A program made the position numbers and the translations under genes. The notes beneath the pieces were generated by a model. It was not told where the DNA came from and ran no database searches. It saw only the letters and a list, made by a program, of their open reading frames with translations. A DNA stretch of 64,000 nucleotides from Phoronis australis (lineage: Eukaryota; Animalia; Phoronida), in NCBI GenBank assembly GCA_002633005.1, contig NMRA01000045.1:167456-231455 (forward strand). Direction: 5' to 3'. Positions 38,357-51,900 of the stretch are shown one piece after another. Within the stretch, counting starts at the first letter, position 1. The number at the start of each line of letters is the position of its first letter.

Positions 38357-39323
38357 CAATGGCGGATCTAGGATATCACAACGGGGGACCCAACGTTTTG
38401 TCCGTAAACATTTGCGCTAAGCACCATTGTAGATGCGCATAGCACCGAATGAGGGGGGAAATTTTTCTGTTTTTTTCCTCTAAAAATCAAGCATTTTCCT
38501 AGATTCCTGAAATATTATCCGAGAAAAAAACACGGAGAACGTGTCAAACTTGAAAAACTGCAATTACTAGACTCGATAGAGCGCGCGCTTTACTAGTCCA
38601 CCACCACGATTTCACCTGTAGGCCTAATTTGTTACTAAGAGACCTACTTCTTTATGGTCCACAGTGTTTGCGCGCGAAATCTACTTCTTTTTGTAATGCT
38701 TATTACACTTTATATATTTTGTGCAATCAGTTCGTAACACAGTTGTTATATTTAAACTAGTCTTCAATTGCCCAAAAGGCCAAATCCGTTTTTTGTGTTG
38801 GCATTAATGACGCGATTGCTTTGGAAATCGTGTTAATTAAGGTTTGACAAAGAAAGAATTATGAGTTTCTGAGTGATTCACAAAGGCTTCGATTAAAATT
38901 CACATCTTACCAGCAGCTTCTGTTTTTTCATCGTCACTCAGATTCCAGTTTCTTTAAAAAATGAAGTAATTTTCTTCATTGTACAGTGAAGCAGACGACG
39001 GAAACGCAGTCCTAATGCGCAGCGCCGCTGCCGGTCGCCTGGGATGTCGCGGGAGACCCTATACTTAGCCATAGTTCTGTTACGACTGCGCCGTGTTCCG
39101 AATTTGACACTTAAAATTGGATCTGAGCCCCCTTCCCCCCCCCCCCCCTCCCTCCTCCCTTCAAACACACTAAAACTGCACACATTAAAATTTTGTTTCA
39201 GCCGCATAATGTTTATTACCGGGGTTAATTAATAAATTCAACATTTCCCTACGCTGTTGTTGTTTTATTTTTTGCAGCAGCCAAGGGGGGGCGCTCTGGG
39301 CCCCACCCCTAAATCCGCCTATG
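38357..39323. mobile_element. hAT-like MITE copy B (uninterrupted; carries the Kolobok empty site)
   Basis: Termini CAATGGCGGATCTAGG and CCTAAATCCGCCTATG; AGTTAA on both flanks; interior matches 33098-33387 joined to 37929-38180. Confidence 0.72.
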
Positions 39324-40579
39324 AGTTAATTAGCCAATTAGTACATGAACGGTTTCATTATTACACTTCGTTATTTTGGAAATTGTAAATTTTGAAATAA
39401 TTGCTGAACGTCCAGATGACTTTAATTTATGTCTACCAACTAGGCAGCGCTCGTAGTACCCGCTGCCGGTTTCCCGCATATTGCCCGATCCCAGCGCATG
39501 ATCCTTCGTTGTACAACTGTTTAGGCCTATTAGACCTCAAAATGTTACAAAAATATAGATGAAATTTATCAGTAAGAAGTTGTCGGTGATAACATGTCTA
39601 AACTTACTTCGTTTGTACTAAACAAACATTCCACGCTAACCCTGATCCCTGTGTTCCGTAGCAAGTAACAACCGACATCGGGCGAACAAACGCCAATGCC
39701 AACAAGTACCAAGCATGCACGGCGCAACCCCGGCCGCGCGAGATCGAAGTTGGCATTCCATGTCTAGAGCTTCTGTGGTTCATAGATATGATATATTTAA
39801 TAAATGTATTTCTCAGGGCTACACTGATACTTCACAGCGCCCTCATGCCGTCATTAGAGTGTCTGACCCAAGGGAGCAGTTTACCGGTAATGCTATCTAT
39901 TTCTGGGGTCACTGCACCGTCATCGGCGGGAGTTTTGGTTCTATGTTTATAACATAACTCATTGATTATTAGACCCGAGTCAAAAATAACAGAGTAGCCC
40001 AAGAAGTTAACGGAAAAGATTAGCTCAGTGAACCGATTTTAGTTCCGGCAAGGCAAAAACTCTGTAAAGGGCGTCTGACAGTTGATGGTTTGATTGCCAT
40101 ATTAGTCTTGTTGCTATAGTCGTCCTACGTCTCATGCAAAAACGTGTAGGTCATAGAGGGAGCAAATGATCATTAGAGAGGTTTAAAGAACATACGTGCA
40201 CTGGTACATGTACACCTTCCTGACTAGTGGCGTACTTCTACACGTTTTACGTGCCTTTTGGAAATCTTTCTTTTCATTGTTGTATTTTGCAGATGAATTT
40301 CTCGTCGCCTTACGGCCATTCGGTATAATTCTCTTGCTTTTCCAATAACGACGCTTTGTGTAATTATTCCCTATGTTACCGGCATACCTACATATTAGTA
40401 ATTTCTGAGGAAAACACGATAAGGGTTGACCTATATTCACAGCATTCCTGCTCTCGTACTAGCGGCGGCGACAACTTTTAAGACACGCTCTGTTAATCCC
40501 GTCCACTAAAACCTTCACGGAGTTAACTTGCACCTGTATTTTTCGGTATCAGTCACAATTTTGTCTGAACAACATTAAA

Positions 40580-43500
40580 ATGGTTACCAATTTGAGTGTC
40601 TTAACTCTCAACTGCTGGTAAGTTATAGTTATTCAAGTAGAAGGGGGTTATAGCGGCGTAACCCATTTTGTTCAAGTTTCAGGTTAGTAATAATATGCAG
40701 GTCAGTACGATAAAACTTGGTTGGGCTGTAAAGTTCTCAAATTTGTCATTCGTTTACGTGCATAAACATGTCGCTTTGTTGTTGTTTGCATACATTAAAC
40801 TACATACATGTAAATACGACCAACTTTTGAACACCAAATTGGGCGTGCAGGTCACTCGATAACTTTAAGTTTACATGTAAAATTACTGTAACTTTTAAAA
40901 TATAATAGTGAAAACGCCTGTGAAAACTCTCTTGACCTTGAAAATGTGCACGCCCTCACAAGTTGTTAGGCATGCGCAGACGGAAACGTACGGCTTCAGG
41001 TAGCTACCTCAAGTCAAAAAGTTAACCGATCATATATTTCACGTCAAGACTTGAACAACTGAATGAACAAGCGACTGGTACATGCAGTAGTGTTTGTATA
41101 TTCCCGCCTTGTCGACCGTAACTCGGCAAACTTTCACTTGAGAGCAGAATCTACAAGGAGGTGGTGTCTTCCGTCTTCTATTGGAGATTTGGAGATGCGA
41201 TATGGAAACCAGCAAATATACAAAACTGTCCACGAAAACATTAACAAACCCATGCGCGCGCTCGTGGTGGGGCTCGGGGCTCGAATGAAAAAAGGTCCGC
41301 CCTCGAAAAAAGAGTCCAAAAAATGGGACAAAAGTCCACTAAAAAGCGCAAACCCGCAATTCACACTGGTGCTCCAGTTTTTTTTTTGTTTTTTTTTTGT
41401 TAGTCCGCCCGCTCTTTTGTTTAGCAAAAGGTCCGCAAGGTCAGGAATTCGACCCCCCATATTGAAGGCTGGGTGCACGCATGTGAAGTGTGAGTGTCTT
41501 TCAAACGAAAATCGTCGACACTCACTAGTCGCTTGCTGTTGTATTATTGGTCCGAAATTACCATTCTGCGCCATATAGGGAGGATCTCAGCTCCGCATTC
41601 ATGAGGGTCCGATCTGAGGAGCTAAAGACCTGGCTAAAGGGTCTAGCAGTGGGGTCCAGTGGAATGTGAATAGGAGGCGAGCACTCAACCCACTGGGCCA
41701 CATAGTGTTTTCTCTCGTCAACTGAACACTTTCTGTATGCACTGGTCCACTTTTACCTTTCAGGGCCATACCGTATTTAACGAAACTGAAAAATGAAAGA
41801 GTATCAGCAATAGGCGACAAGCTGTCGGAGGGACAACACGACATCGTGGTTTTGGAGGAGGTATGGGTGCTATTAAACACTATCGTCATTGAAATTTATT
41901 TAATCAGTCAGTACGTTCCTTGATATAACACAATGGGTTCTGTTTCATGAAAGCGACTTAAGAATTAAGACAGAAATTTAGACTTACGGTTCCACATCAC
42001 TGATGCCGAGAAAAGGTTTAGGCAAATAATGATGAGGGCAAAACAATCTAGAAAATATGTATACTCTAAGAGACTGCTTTTCAGTGGCTCAAGTGATTTT
42101 CAATTATTTTTTCAGAAATTGTTGTGTGGAGCCTTAGGTCAAATGTCTGACTTTAATTCTTAAATCCCTTCTCGTGCAACAGGCTCCTGGTTTCCTCCAA
42201 AAGTGCCCAGGCAGACTGTCGCATGCTATTTTCCAATTAGTCTCTCCCCGATGAGGTGAAAGAGAACTAATTCACGTTCTCGCTGTGTGACGTGATGGAT
42301 CCTTCAGTTCGAAGTCGGCGTGCACATTCCCTATAATGACGATTGACTCGCCAATGCGTTAGTCATGCCCGCAGATTTGCAAGAGTTTGTAGGGAGTTCC
42401 CATACTTGTTCCAAAGGGTTTACGAGGTTTTACGGTAACAGGACATTTTCTGTATAAGGGAAATGTGCTACGTCTATGTCTTGTCATTCCAAATAAGGTG
42501 ACGTGCTTTGCCTTGTGGGAGAAAAATCGACAAAGTGGCAAGCAGTTGACAGATGTTTTTTTTTGAAATTTGAAACTAAAAGAAAATGCTTTGATATCAA
42601 CAAAAATTTTAAATTTTTACAAACAAATCCTAACAATACTAGGTGAGCAGGTTGAATTCGGTTTCAGTGGAAGAGAATCACTTTCAATATTGCAATTTAG
42701 TCTGTTTATCGCGTTCCAGGCCTCTTTAAGCAACCTGGGAAATATTTTCCAACCACACAAAGAATTTTTTGCCGCTTTATCATTCGTGTTGTTTCTTTTT
42801 CAGATTTGGTCAAAGCACGATTACGATAAACTGCGCACAAAGCTAGCTCCAAAGCTGCCATATTCCCATTATTTCGACAGGTAATTGTCGAGGACTGGCT
42901 TTCGGGAACGCTCTCTGAACTTCTGGGAACCTTTTCGTGAAAGATTATATACGACATGGGTAAACACACATTTTTAAGGTGGTAATCATCACGTCGAGTG
43001 GTAATTCCACACTCGTAGAGATTTCATCGTTTCGCGGTACTCTAAGCTTGCTTTAAAAACGATGGTTCTCATTTCTCTCAATTCAAGATTTAGCTTGTAT
43101 ACTGCTACTTCCCTGATCTTGGTCAAAATTTAGGTTTGTTGCATAAGTGATTTGGCTCGTGAACCTCGACAGAGAAGCATAGTGTAGTAACACACTGTGG
43201 CGCACAGCATGTAAGACACTCTCATAAATCTATTCAAAGCAGCGAATGAAGCGAGAGTTTTAGATCTGTTTAACGGAAGCTAAGTGTTTAGCACTGCAGT
43301 CTTTTGAGTTTATTCCAAAAGGATTTTAGTACTTTTTGTGCATGGCATTCGCGCGCATTTCTCCTCACCTGATGAATGTGATGCTAAGCATGCATCTAGT
43401 GACAAAACCTTTTAGTGAAACTAGAAAATGTGCGTGAATTTCATTAAATCCCGCCAATTTTAAATTTCAGATAAGTACCAGAAATGAATAAAACAAGGCA

Positions 43501-46500
43501 AAAAGAAAAACATACAGTTTTGAACGTGTTCCAAACAAAAAAGCACCCGGGCGAAACAAAATCCTTTCTTGACAATCGCTTCTTTTGAATGAAGGTGCAT
43601 ATTCATAAACGGATGCATATACAGGGTATTTATGTACTTTCTTTGAATCCACATTAGGATTCATCTTGCATTCCGAATTAAACATTTTAGGTGCAGGTGG
43701 TTTTTACCGACTATTTCAGTTGTAATCAGGGGAATTTTGTTTGCAAATATGGACAACTAAAAAGTGATCATGTTCAACCTTTGAAAATAACACAGACCAG
43801 GACCAATTATGCCTTTCCGTCAACAGCATGCCTCGAGCGTGAGAAAACGTCAGTGTAGCCCAGGGGGCTTCGTTTGTAGTATTGAATTCTATCCAATAGT
43901 ATCACACGATGTCGTTTGCATGTTTTATTTTCTCCGGCTTAGAATACGTATTGTTAATTTCGAAACTTTTAAAGTGAAGTTTGGTGCCACTCGGGTAAGC
44001 GGCCATTTTTTTGGTGCACCACCAGATATTCAAAGTCAAAACTTTGAACTGATATTAAGTTGCTGATTATTTAGAGTTCTGTGCATCATTTGGACATAAC
44101 GTCACTGACTGGTTGCATTGAAATAGGTTTTAAAAAATGTTCATTAAAACGATCTAATTCAACTTACTTTTTTACCGAATTAAGTAACAGTTTTGACTAC
44201 TTCATGCAGTGGTTGGACCGGTAGCGGTATCTGCGTGTTTTCCAAGGGCGCCATCACCGCGACCTTCTTCCACCCCTACCGTTTGAATGGTTACCCTCAT
44301 AGAGTGGAGCATGCTGACTGGTACGGAGGGTGCGGTGTAGGCATGGTGAAAATTCACTACCAGGCATTTAACATTCATGTCTACTGCTCACATGTGAGTA
44401 AAAAGAAAAACCGACCTAGCAAAAGTGACACAGTGTAACAGTACTGTTTACTTAGTTTCCTGAATGTTCTAACAAGCACTTCAAAACAGTGCCTAGCGTG
44501 TTACTGTCGCTTAGTTACATTAGCAGCAAAAAATAAACAGGGTACATATAGATGCGCGTTGATTTATCTTATACAGTTGTTTGATTCTTAAATTTTGCCT
44601 TTAGGCCTGCGATAATGACACGGTTGACGTAACTGTTCCAGTCCAGCTAGTGCAATATGTCGGCCATCTTAGACGTCATTTTAGTTCCCGTTAAAGGCGA
44701 AGGTAACCTTTTCTCATGTCGTATTTAGCAAAAAAAGGTTCGTTGATTATCCCAGACATATTTTTCATTTAATTACAGCTTTTTGTAATTTTTACAATTA
44801 CTCGTTCTTTACTCCGGAAGTGACGTTTTGAGAGGCAAGTATTTCGCGCCAATTCCTTTTCATATAGTCTGACTGTGAGAGCTGCCGAGTCAGTCATTGT
44901 TCTACCTCTGCTGTGATTAGTTCAGTCGCCCTTTGTTTTTGTTTACGAGTCAGTCAACATGCTACACGGTTGCTCCGTACCGAGATGTACTCATTATCGT
45001 CTCATGGACAGAGGAACAATTGTCCCACTTGCCCGAGTGTCCCAGCCGCGACACACTCCCACTGGATGGTGATTTGAGCACACAAACTGCTTACACGCCG
45101 CCGTGTACTGACTCCTCGCCACACACTAGGCACCTTCTAAATAGTCCCAGTACTTTAGACAAATCCTCAATAAACTTATCAAAGTTTGGCTCACCCATCT
45201 ATTCATTGGACGACGAACTGTCCTCTTCACTGGGTGTCGAACGAGGCCTGTATTCACTCCCCGTCTACTCAACATCGCAGCAGGGTTCCTTACAGCCTCT
45301 GGGCGATAATGAGTATATCCAGGTACGCAGCATCAGTGTGGCATGTTGACTGACTCGTAAACAAAAGCAAACGACAACCGAAATTGTCACAGTCGAGGTA
45401 TAACGATGACTGACTCGGCAGCTCTCACAGTCACACTATATGAAAAGAAATTGGCCCGAAGTTCTTGCCTTCCAAAACGTCACTTCCGGAGTAAATGACG
45501 AATAATTAATTAAATTGCAAAAAGCTGTAATTAAATGAAAAATATGTCTGGGATAATCAAAGAGCCTTATTTTTGCTGAAAATGACATGAAGAAGGGTTG
45601 CCTTTCCCGTTAAAATTAGAATGTAAAGTTGTATGAGGTATATAATATCGAAAAGATCCCACCATTACGAAAGAAATCAACCGTTTGTTCTGATATTTTC
45701 AGCTTCACGCTCAGTACGATTTCAACAGCAGCGAAGATGAGTACCATGCCCATCGAACTTGCCAGGCATTCGAACTGAGTCAGTTTATTCGCTTTACATC
45801 AGAGACATGTGACCTCGTCATTGCAGCCGGTGACTTTAACTTGATGTCGGATGCCCTCGGTTACAAACTACTGTGCAGCAATGCTAATCTCTTTGATTCG
45901 TGGCTGGAAAAGGTGATTTCTTTTGCAATAGCTGATAAATTGGTCAGAAGTATTCGATTATTAGCTAATTTCATTTCTTAGAAGGATTTTTCTAGTGAAA
46001 AGTTACAAATTTCTTTTCATTTCTTCACAGAACCCCAAGGAAGTTCACATTTTAAAATTCCCAAACAAAAAATAAACTCGTCACGAAATAACCCTCCTTA
46101 ATGTTCGACTGATCCGTAGTCTAAACCTAAAAAACTACCTCACCATGGGACTGTGATTAACACAACAGTTGGTCAAGTAATATTTTATGGGTTGGTTTCA
46201 ATTGCTCGCATTCTGACGTCACTGTTGTCAAGTGTGGCAACCAATCTACAGGGTCTTTGGAGGAGACAAGTAATATTTGTGACGTCACAGCATCAAAACA
46301 CTGATTGTTTACTTTTTACAAATTCAATAATTAACGAATTATCTTTGTTCTGATACTTTAACGTTAAGGGTTCATGTTCTGTGACAACCGTAAAATAGGC
46401 TGAAAATAATTAGAATGGAGTCATAATTGATAATCTTTAAAGAAAGACATAGTAGGACTATTTCGCGTTTTTCATTGTGTTGTCCACAGTTTGATAACAA

Positions 46501-48935
46501 TGTCATAAAAATACAACCATGATAAAACGTCGTGTAGTACTTACTTTTGTCTACTTACTTTCTGCTTGTGCATATTTCGGAACACAGCAAAACTCATCAG
46601 ATGGCCTTGGGGTGACTATGGATGTGCCCAACAACAGTTTCACTAGGGGTAAGCACCATCACTTGTACCCCGAGGGACAAAGAATCGACTACATACTGTA
46701 TCGAGGCAACGTAGGTAAGCGCCTGTCAATTATTTTTCTTATCTGTGAAAAGCAAAACCATATTGTTTACTCCGGCATGATCAGCAAAAAAGTCTAAATG
46801 AACAATTCATCTCACTTCCGCCCCTCCTGTGTTTTAACTGGTGAAAAAAGTGTTGTGGAATTTGCCAGCTGAGTGAGATGAAACCCTTACCGAGTTCTCG
46901 GCTCCAGTTAATGTTTGTTTCGTTATAAGTAAGAATCAGTTCTTACACCCCACATGTTGGTCACATCACGTGACCCATAATTAAGTCTGAAATGCTCCAT
47001 ATTCCAGCTAGGATCGAATCCAGGACTTACTGCCAACCGTCTACATGCTAAATAGCTTTACTGAACTATCGAGACCACCGGTCGACTAAGGAGATCCAAT
47101 CAGACTGATAGGAGGCATCTTGCCCAAACTTGGGAGTACCTATTCATGTATATAATTGCGCTGTAATAAATCAGTGCATTGACAATAGTTTTAACTAAGG
47201 ACCACTGTGAAATTTGTATTTGTCCTGGCTAAAGAATCGAGGTTAGGACAAAAAAGTACAATTGGTTGTGCTCTAATTTTTTAATCAGTTTTCAAACAAG
47301 AGAGCACAACCAACTGTACCGTGGTGGTGCGTTTTTTGATCTTATTTCCACAGAAATCATCCGACATAAGTAAAGAATGCCTTTTCATTTCAGGTGTCAA
47401 AGTGCAATGCCTTGAGACCCAAGTATGCATGGATTGTATACCAGATAAGTCATACAATTACTCGGACCATTTCGGTGTGGAAACGAGATTGTTACTTCAA
47501 AGGTCAAGAAAAGGTAAAAGCCTGCATGTAACTATCTTTAGGTTGAACTGACTTGTTACGGTCTACTATTGTCACTCGTAAATCATACAGAGCCAAAAAG
47601 CATAGCCAAATTCTGGTTTGTATCCCGACTCATTTTGTGACCTGCGCTCACCGACTAATAGAGAAAACGCCAGACTGCATCATTTTCATCCAAAGTATGC
47701 TGGTTTTGAAAGGCTGCACAAAAAGATCACGCACCATGAAAGTACCACAAAACCGACTCGACTTTCCAAATAATAAACTGAAACCAACTATGATGCCTTA
47801 TTTGCCAACATTTCTCCAGGTAGTAGCACTGCAGTGACCGAACTTATAAATACTCTGACCGGGCCTTTAATTCCGCCATCTGCAGCGACAAATTCTGTGC
47901 CGGAATTGCTAAATTTACTAGCCTGACCGACCATATCTGTGTCCCCTGCCATCAAATCCAGTGGTTCTGCTAACTTTACACAATGGCTTGGCGGGATTAA
48001 TATTCGGTAGCCGGACAATATTCTGGCTTGAAAATGGATTTGATTCAGTATTGACAGGTGGTGTCTTAAATTTGGCTGGAGGTGTATTGGGCTGTAGAAT
48101 TCTCATTTCCGCCACTGCATTGCATGGTTGCTCGGCCATGTTAGTGTTTTGACCTCTTGTTTTAATACACTGAATTTCCTCGATTTGAGTGAGTCGTTAG
48201 ACGGACTACCGTATGCGACAATTTAGTCTAAGTAATTCTTTGTTAGTAACTAATATTCTTGGATAATATAGAAACGCGTGTGATTTCGTAAAGAGGGGGT
48301 TCTTTAAAGTCTTAACTATTTTTGTTGTAGTATTAAGATGTATGCTTTAGAAATATGTGTTGTTTTATTGTTTCGAGGCCGACAGTGTTCTGCTTGATCT
48401 ATATAGACCGAATTGGACCGATCGGATCTCTAGAGAGTTCGCAGAATAGTCAAGTCTGTAACTCAATTTGTCTGGGATGACTGCTATACCGGCATATAGG
48501 CCTACGCATTTCATGAAAACTCTAACCCGATCTCTCTTTGCAGGAGTCGGAACAAAAGTAGCGTGGTCCTGTTACGGAACGAACAGCTTGTTTTTTGAGG
48601 CCGTTTGTTCTCTGGACAGAGGATTAAGCTCAGTATCAAGGAATCAAAAATATTACGCCACTTTGTTTGCTGCGTTTTTTTCAGTTGTAGTTGCTGCGGT
48701 GTTCTGGGTATTGTCAAAAGAAACGTGCGTTGCTGTCATTTTAATTGGATGTATTGTTCTTAGTTTTGTCAGTGGTTACTGGTTTGTTATGTTTATGGTG
48801 ATGTGCTGCTCAGAAAGAAATGCACTTCTGTGCATCAAGCGGGATATTTTGAATATTATGAATAAAGACGTTGCAAATGGATTTGCAAACACGAAGAAGG
48901 ATGAAATAAACAGCAATTACTTGATAAGATCATAA
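40580..48935 (+). CDS. SMPD2: Neutral sphingomyelinase 1-like (EEP superfamily), 8 coding exons, 414 aa
   Basis: Exons 40580-40617, 41764-41860, 42804-42880, 44210-44393, 45703-45912, 46588-46714, 47394-47513, 48544-48935; all GT-AG and phase-consistent (1245 nt). Motifs VLTLNCWAIPY, VVLEEIW, GSGICVFSK, HLHAQY, AGDFN, RIDYILY, YSDHFGV and two C-terminal hydrophobic helices. Confidence 0.93.
41251..41483 (+). mobile_element. MITE in SMPD2 intron 1
   Basis: Imperfect TIRs CATGCGCGCGCTC / GGGTGCACGCATG; homologous to 34706-34895. Confidence 0.65.
41935..42187. mobile_element. PIF/Harbinger-like MITE in SMPD2 intron 2
   Basis: ~60-bp imperfect inverted ends (GGGTTCTGTTTCATGAAAGCGACTTAAGAATTAAGACAGA vs TCTGACTTTAATTCTTAAATCCCTTCTCGTGCAACAGGCTCC); superfamily inferred from terminal sequence. 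Confidence 0.55.
44695..45609. mobile_element. Foldback-like non-autonomous element with ~300-bp TIRs, TTAA flanks (Kolobok-like) in SMPD2 intron 4
   Basis: 44695-~45000 is the imperfect reverse complement of ~45300-45609 (e.g. TTGATTATCCCAGACATATTTTTCATTTAATTACAGCTTTTTG vs CAAAAAGCTGTAATTAAATGAAAAATATGTCTGGGATAATCAA); TTAA at 44691-44694 and 45610-45613. Confidence 0.85.
46935..47072 (-). mobile_element. tRNA-derived SINE fragment
   Basis: Degenerate A box and B box (GGATTCGATCC) followed by GGTCACGTGATGTG core shared with 62283-62415. Confidence 0.5.
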
Positions 48936-51900
48936 AAATCAAGAATTTGAGAGAACGCATCTTCTAAATCTGTGGCATTCTATACAGGGTGTTATTTGTA
49001 TGAATTACTCTTGCATGTTACCACAGCAACCCTTGTCTTGAAGCTAAAGGTCTGACGAATAGAATGTTTTTACAACGAATTTGAATATGGAACACTCACA
49101 TCTTTTCATTCCCATACGTTTTAAATTGAGTACTGTCGGAGTACATAGCTGTCAGTTTTTTTCTCGATTGAGTTGAATGAAACGTTAGCAGTAACAGTGA
49201 GTAGACAACGGCGACGTTAACTTATTCTGTGAGAAGAGCAATACTGTCATAGAAATGGTACAAATTTTAATGTTGAATTAGTAACAGCAGACGTAGTCAC
49301 CCCAGTGAAAGCATTAGGCTATATGTACATGTAGCAGCAGTGATATTTGGTTGAGGTGTATGAATGTATGGACAGACTGGTGGAGTTTTTGACGTAAATA
49401 AAGCAAATGTTGTAAATACATCGGCCGCCATTGAGAGGCATCTACCTCTCCTCCCAGGTCACGACCAAAAATAAACATCAGCACGCACCGTCTCCCCCAA
49501 AGGCATTGACACGTAAGTTTGTCAAACTTGTGATGGCATTAAAACGTGCGTTAGCCAGAGCGGCACGCATTCATCGCAACATGATTCCTGTGAAGGATTG
49601 TCGTCTGCTTAGTGTATCTGGCATCAGCAACTTGTGCCATGTTAGCGTAGCTGAAATGGCGATAAAGCAGTGACGGCTTTTGATTGCATTACAAATTAAA
49701 TGAACTCATACGCTTAGGAAGCGCCGGGTCTGTAAACTGTAAACGCTTTGAGAAACTTGCACCATTCCCAATACCACGAATAAAAATTGCATGGTGTTGG
49801 TATCTTATACCAGTTTTGAATGCTGGAAGAGAAAAACTCAACTACTAGTGAGCCTGTGTATGTTCACTGAGCAAGATTATCTCATGACATAATTCATTAA
49901 CCCTTAACAAAGGCAAAGATACAGCATCCAATTGTGTCTTCCTTTCCAATTAATCACAAGAGTAAATAATTGATTTAAAATTATAATGTAGAGACAAAGA
50001 AAATGAACATTTTCTTATAAATGACTTTTTGTGGTGTCTTAAAAAAGCAGGTGTCGAAATTTACTTACATTACTGAAATTGAAATTTCCAACTAGAGATT
50101 GTATGAAGAAATCAAAGTATTTATGAAGGAAAATAAACAAGTTTGAGTGAGCAAGTGCCAATTATGTTCTCTTCAAGGGCGTCACGGTCCCAATACACCA
50201 ACTTCTTGGTTAACATACAATCTACTTTATTGATATTGCACATCCCTAACACATAATCTTGCCTTGAACATGTTAAAAATCTTAACACATAGGTAAGCTG
50301 AGCTCATTAGACTCATATATTTTGGTAAGTTTTAGGTTAATATGTAGGACCTTGTTGATTGGGTATTGAGCCAAATAGTTACAAAACTTGAGATTTTAAC
50401 TCAGTAAACGTGTGTATTTCTGAAATTAGAAAAACCTGTAAAATTTGACATTGACTAAATACCAATCTTCTATTAACTGGATCATGTGACCATGTCTTTG
50501 TTGCAAAATTTTGCAAAAAGGTACACTTCCAGAAAAACAACCATATCAATAACAAGACCAAATTCTGCTTGATATAAATAATCGAGATGAAATGTCAATA
50601 ACGTAGTTACAGTTTTCTAATAAAAATTATAATAATCTTACTTTTCGATAGTGTGTCACGTAACAGTGGAACATATAAAAAATCTAAAAGCATTTTAGAG
50701 AGCACTGTATAAATCATAGTATCGGATTCATTTTTGGACATTTCACGAGGGTCCGACAAAACATTAAGAAGACTATGTAACAAAAGAATCCCATGCAATC
50801 TATCAGATTATTGTATTATGGTTGCACATCCATTAAAACTAGAACATGGATCAACAATGGCCATTTTTCTGACATCTATAACAATATCAAATCAAATCAG
50901 AGAAAGGTCAACAGCACCTATGTTAACAGATCACACCCTGGTTAAAAATAACAAAACTGTACTCCATACCAAAATAACTAATGATCCCCATCAAACAAGT
51001 AACTTTTTAAAAGTACCGTGAGACACTTAAAATTTTTTTTATAACTTACAAAAGTTTCCTTGAGACTCTAGACACATTTTGTAAAAAGAATTATCAATGA
51101 CGTATCCTCCACATAACATGTAAATGTACGAGTGAAAGTATTGCACACAAAACATTGTATTTGCCATTTACCCTTGGAGATCCTAACAAGTGAAATTCTA
51201 GCACTACAAAAGTACGCAACCCACAAATACCAGTGGCAGACACTATGCAGTACACCCACACAGTCATTAGACTGATCAGCTCTTAATAACATGAATGGTG
51301 GTGAAATTGTTCTGTCAAAAACTGCATTTGCCTTTGCCAAGACTAACTGCATCTAACAAACACAATATCTACAGAAGTCTCCTTCACATAAACAAGAAAA
51401 ACGTGTAATTCCGAGATGGGAACAAATAATTATTTATGCAACCTCTCATGATTTGAGACAAAAGCAAATAATCATTTATGCAATCTCTCATGGCCGGATA
51501 AGGTAATCGTGGCATGGAATTGGCAGTCTTGACAGCAGTGACCTTCACCTCATTCTGTACATGGCTATAAGACAGGACTCATTGGCAATAAGGCGTGACA
51601 GGCACCTATCAATCAAACACAGACTGTCCAATCACTAACCTGCATTAGAGTATATTTGCTGCTACCACTTAGCTTTATGATGCTAAGGTTATCAAAACAA
51701 TGTCTAAGACACTAGTAGTACATCTACTGATACAAATCTATGCATGATATGTGTTGGTATATAACACTGACCTGTCAGCTAGAAACTCTTACTACACACT
51801 AACTAATCCTGCATTGGCCAACTATATTGAAAGGCAGACAATAGACAATTACATCTTATTCTATTCTTTCCCTGTGGCCAGTGACCAGATTCCTAAGTAC

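Noticed and set aside
39603-39760. Possible minus-strand exon with GTAAGT donor, divergent from SMPD2
   Set aside because: No recognisable peptide and no downstream partner exon found.
44933-45349. 138-aa ORF in SMPD2 intron 4
   Set aside because: Lies within the fold-back element, has no ATG at its listed start and no domain motif; the SMPD2 model is complete without it.
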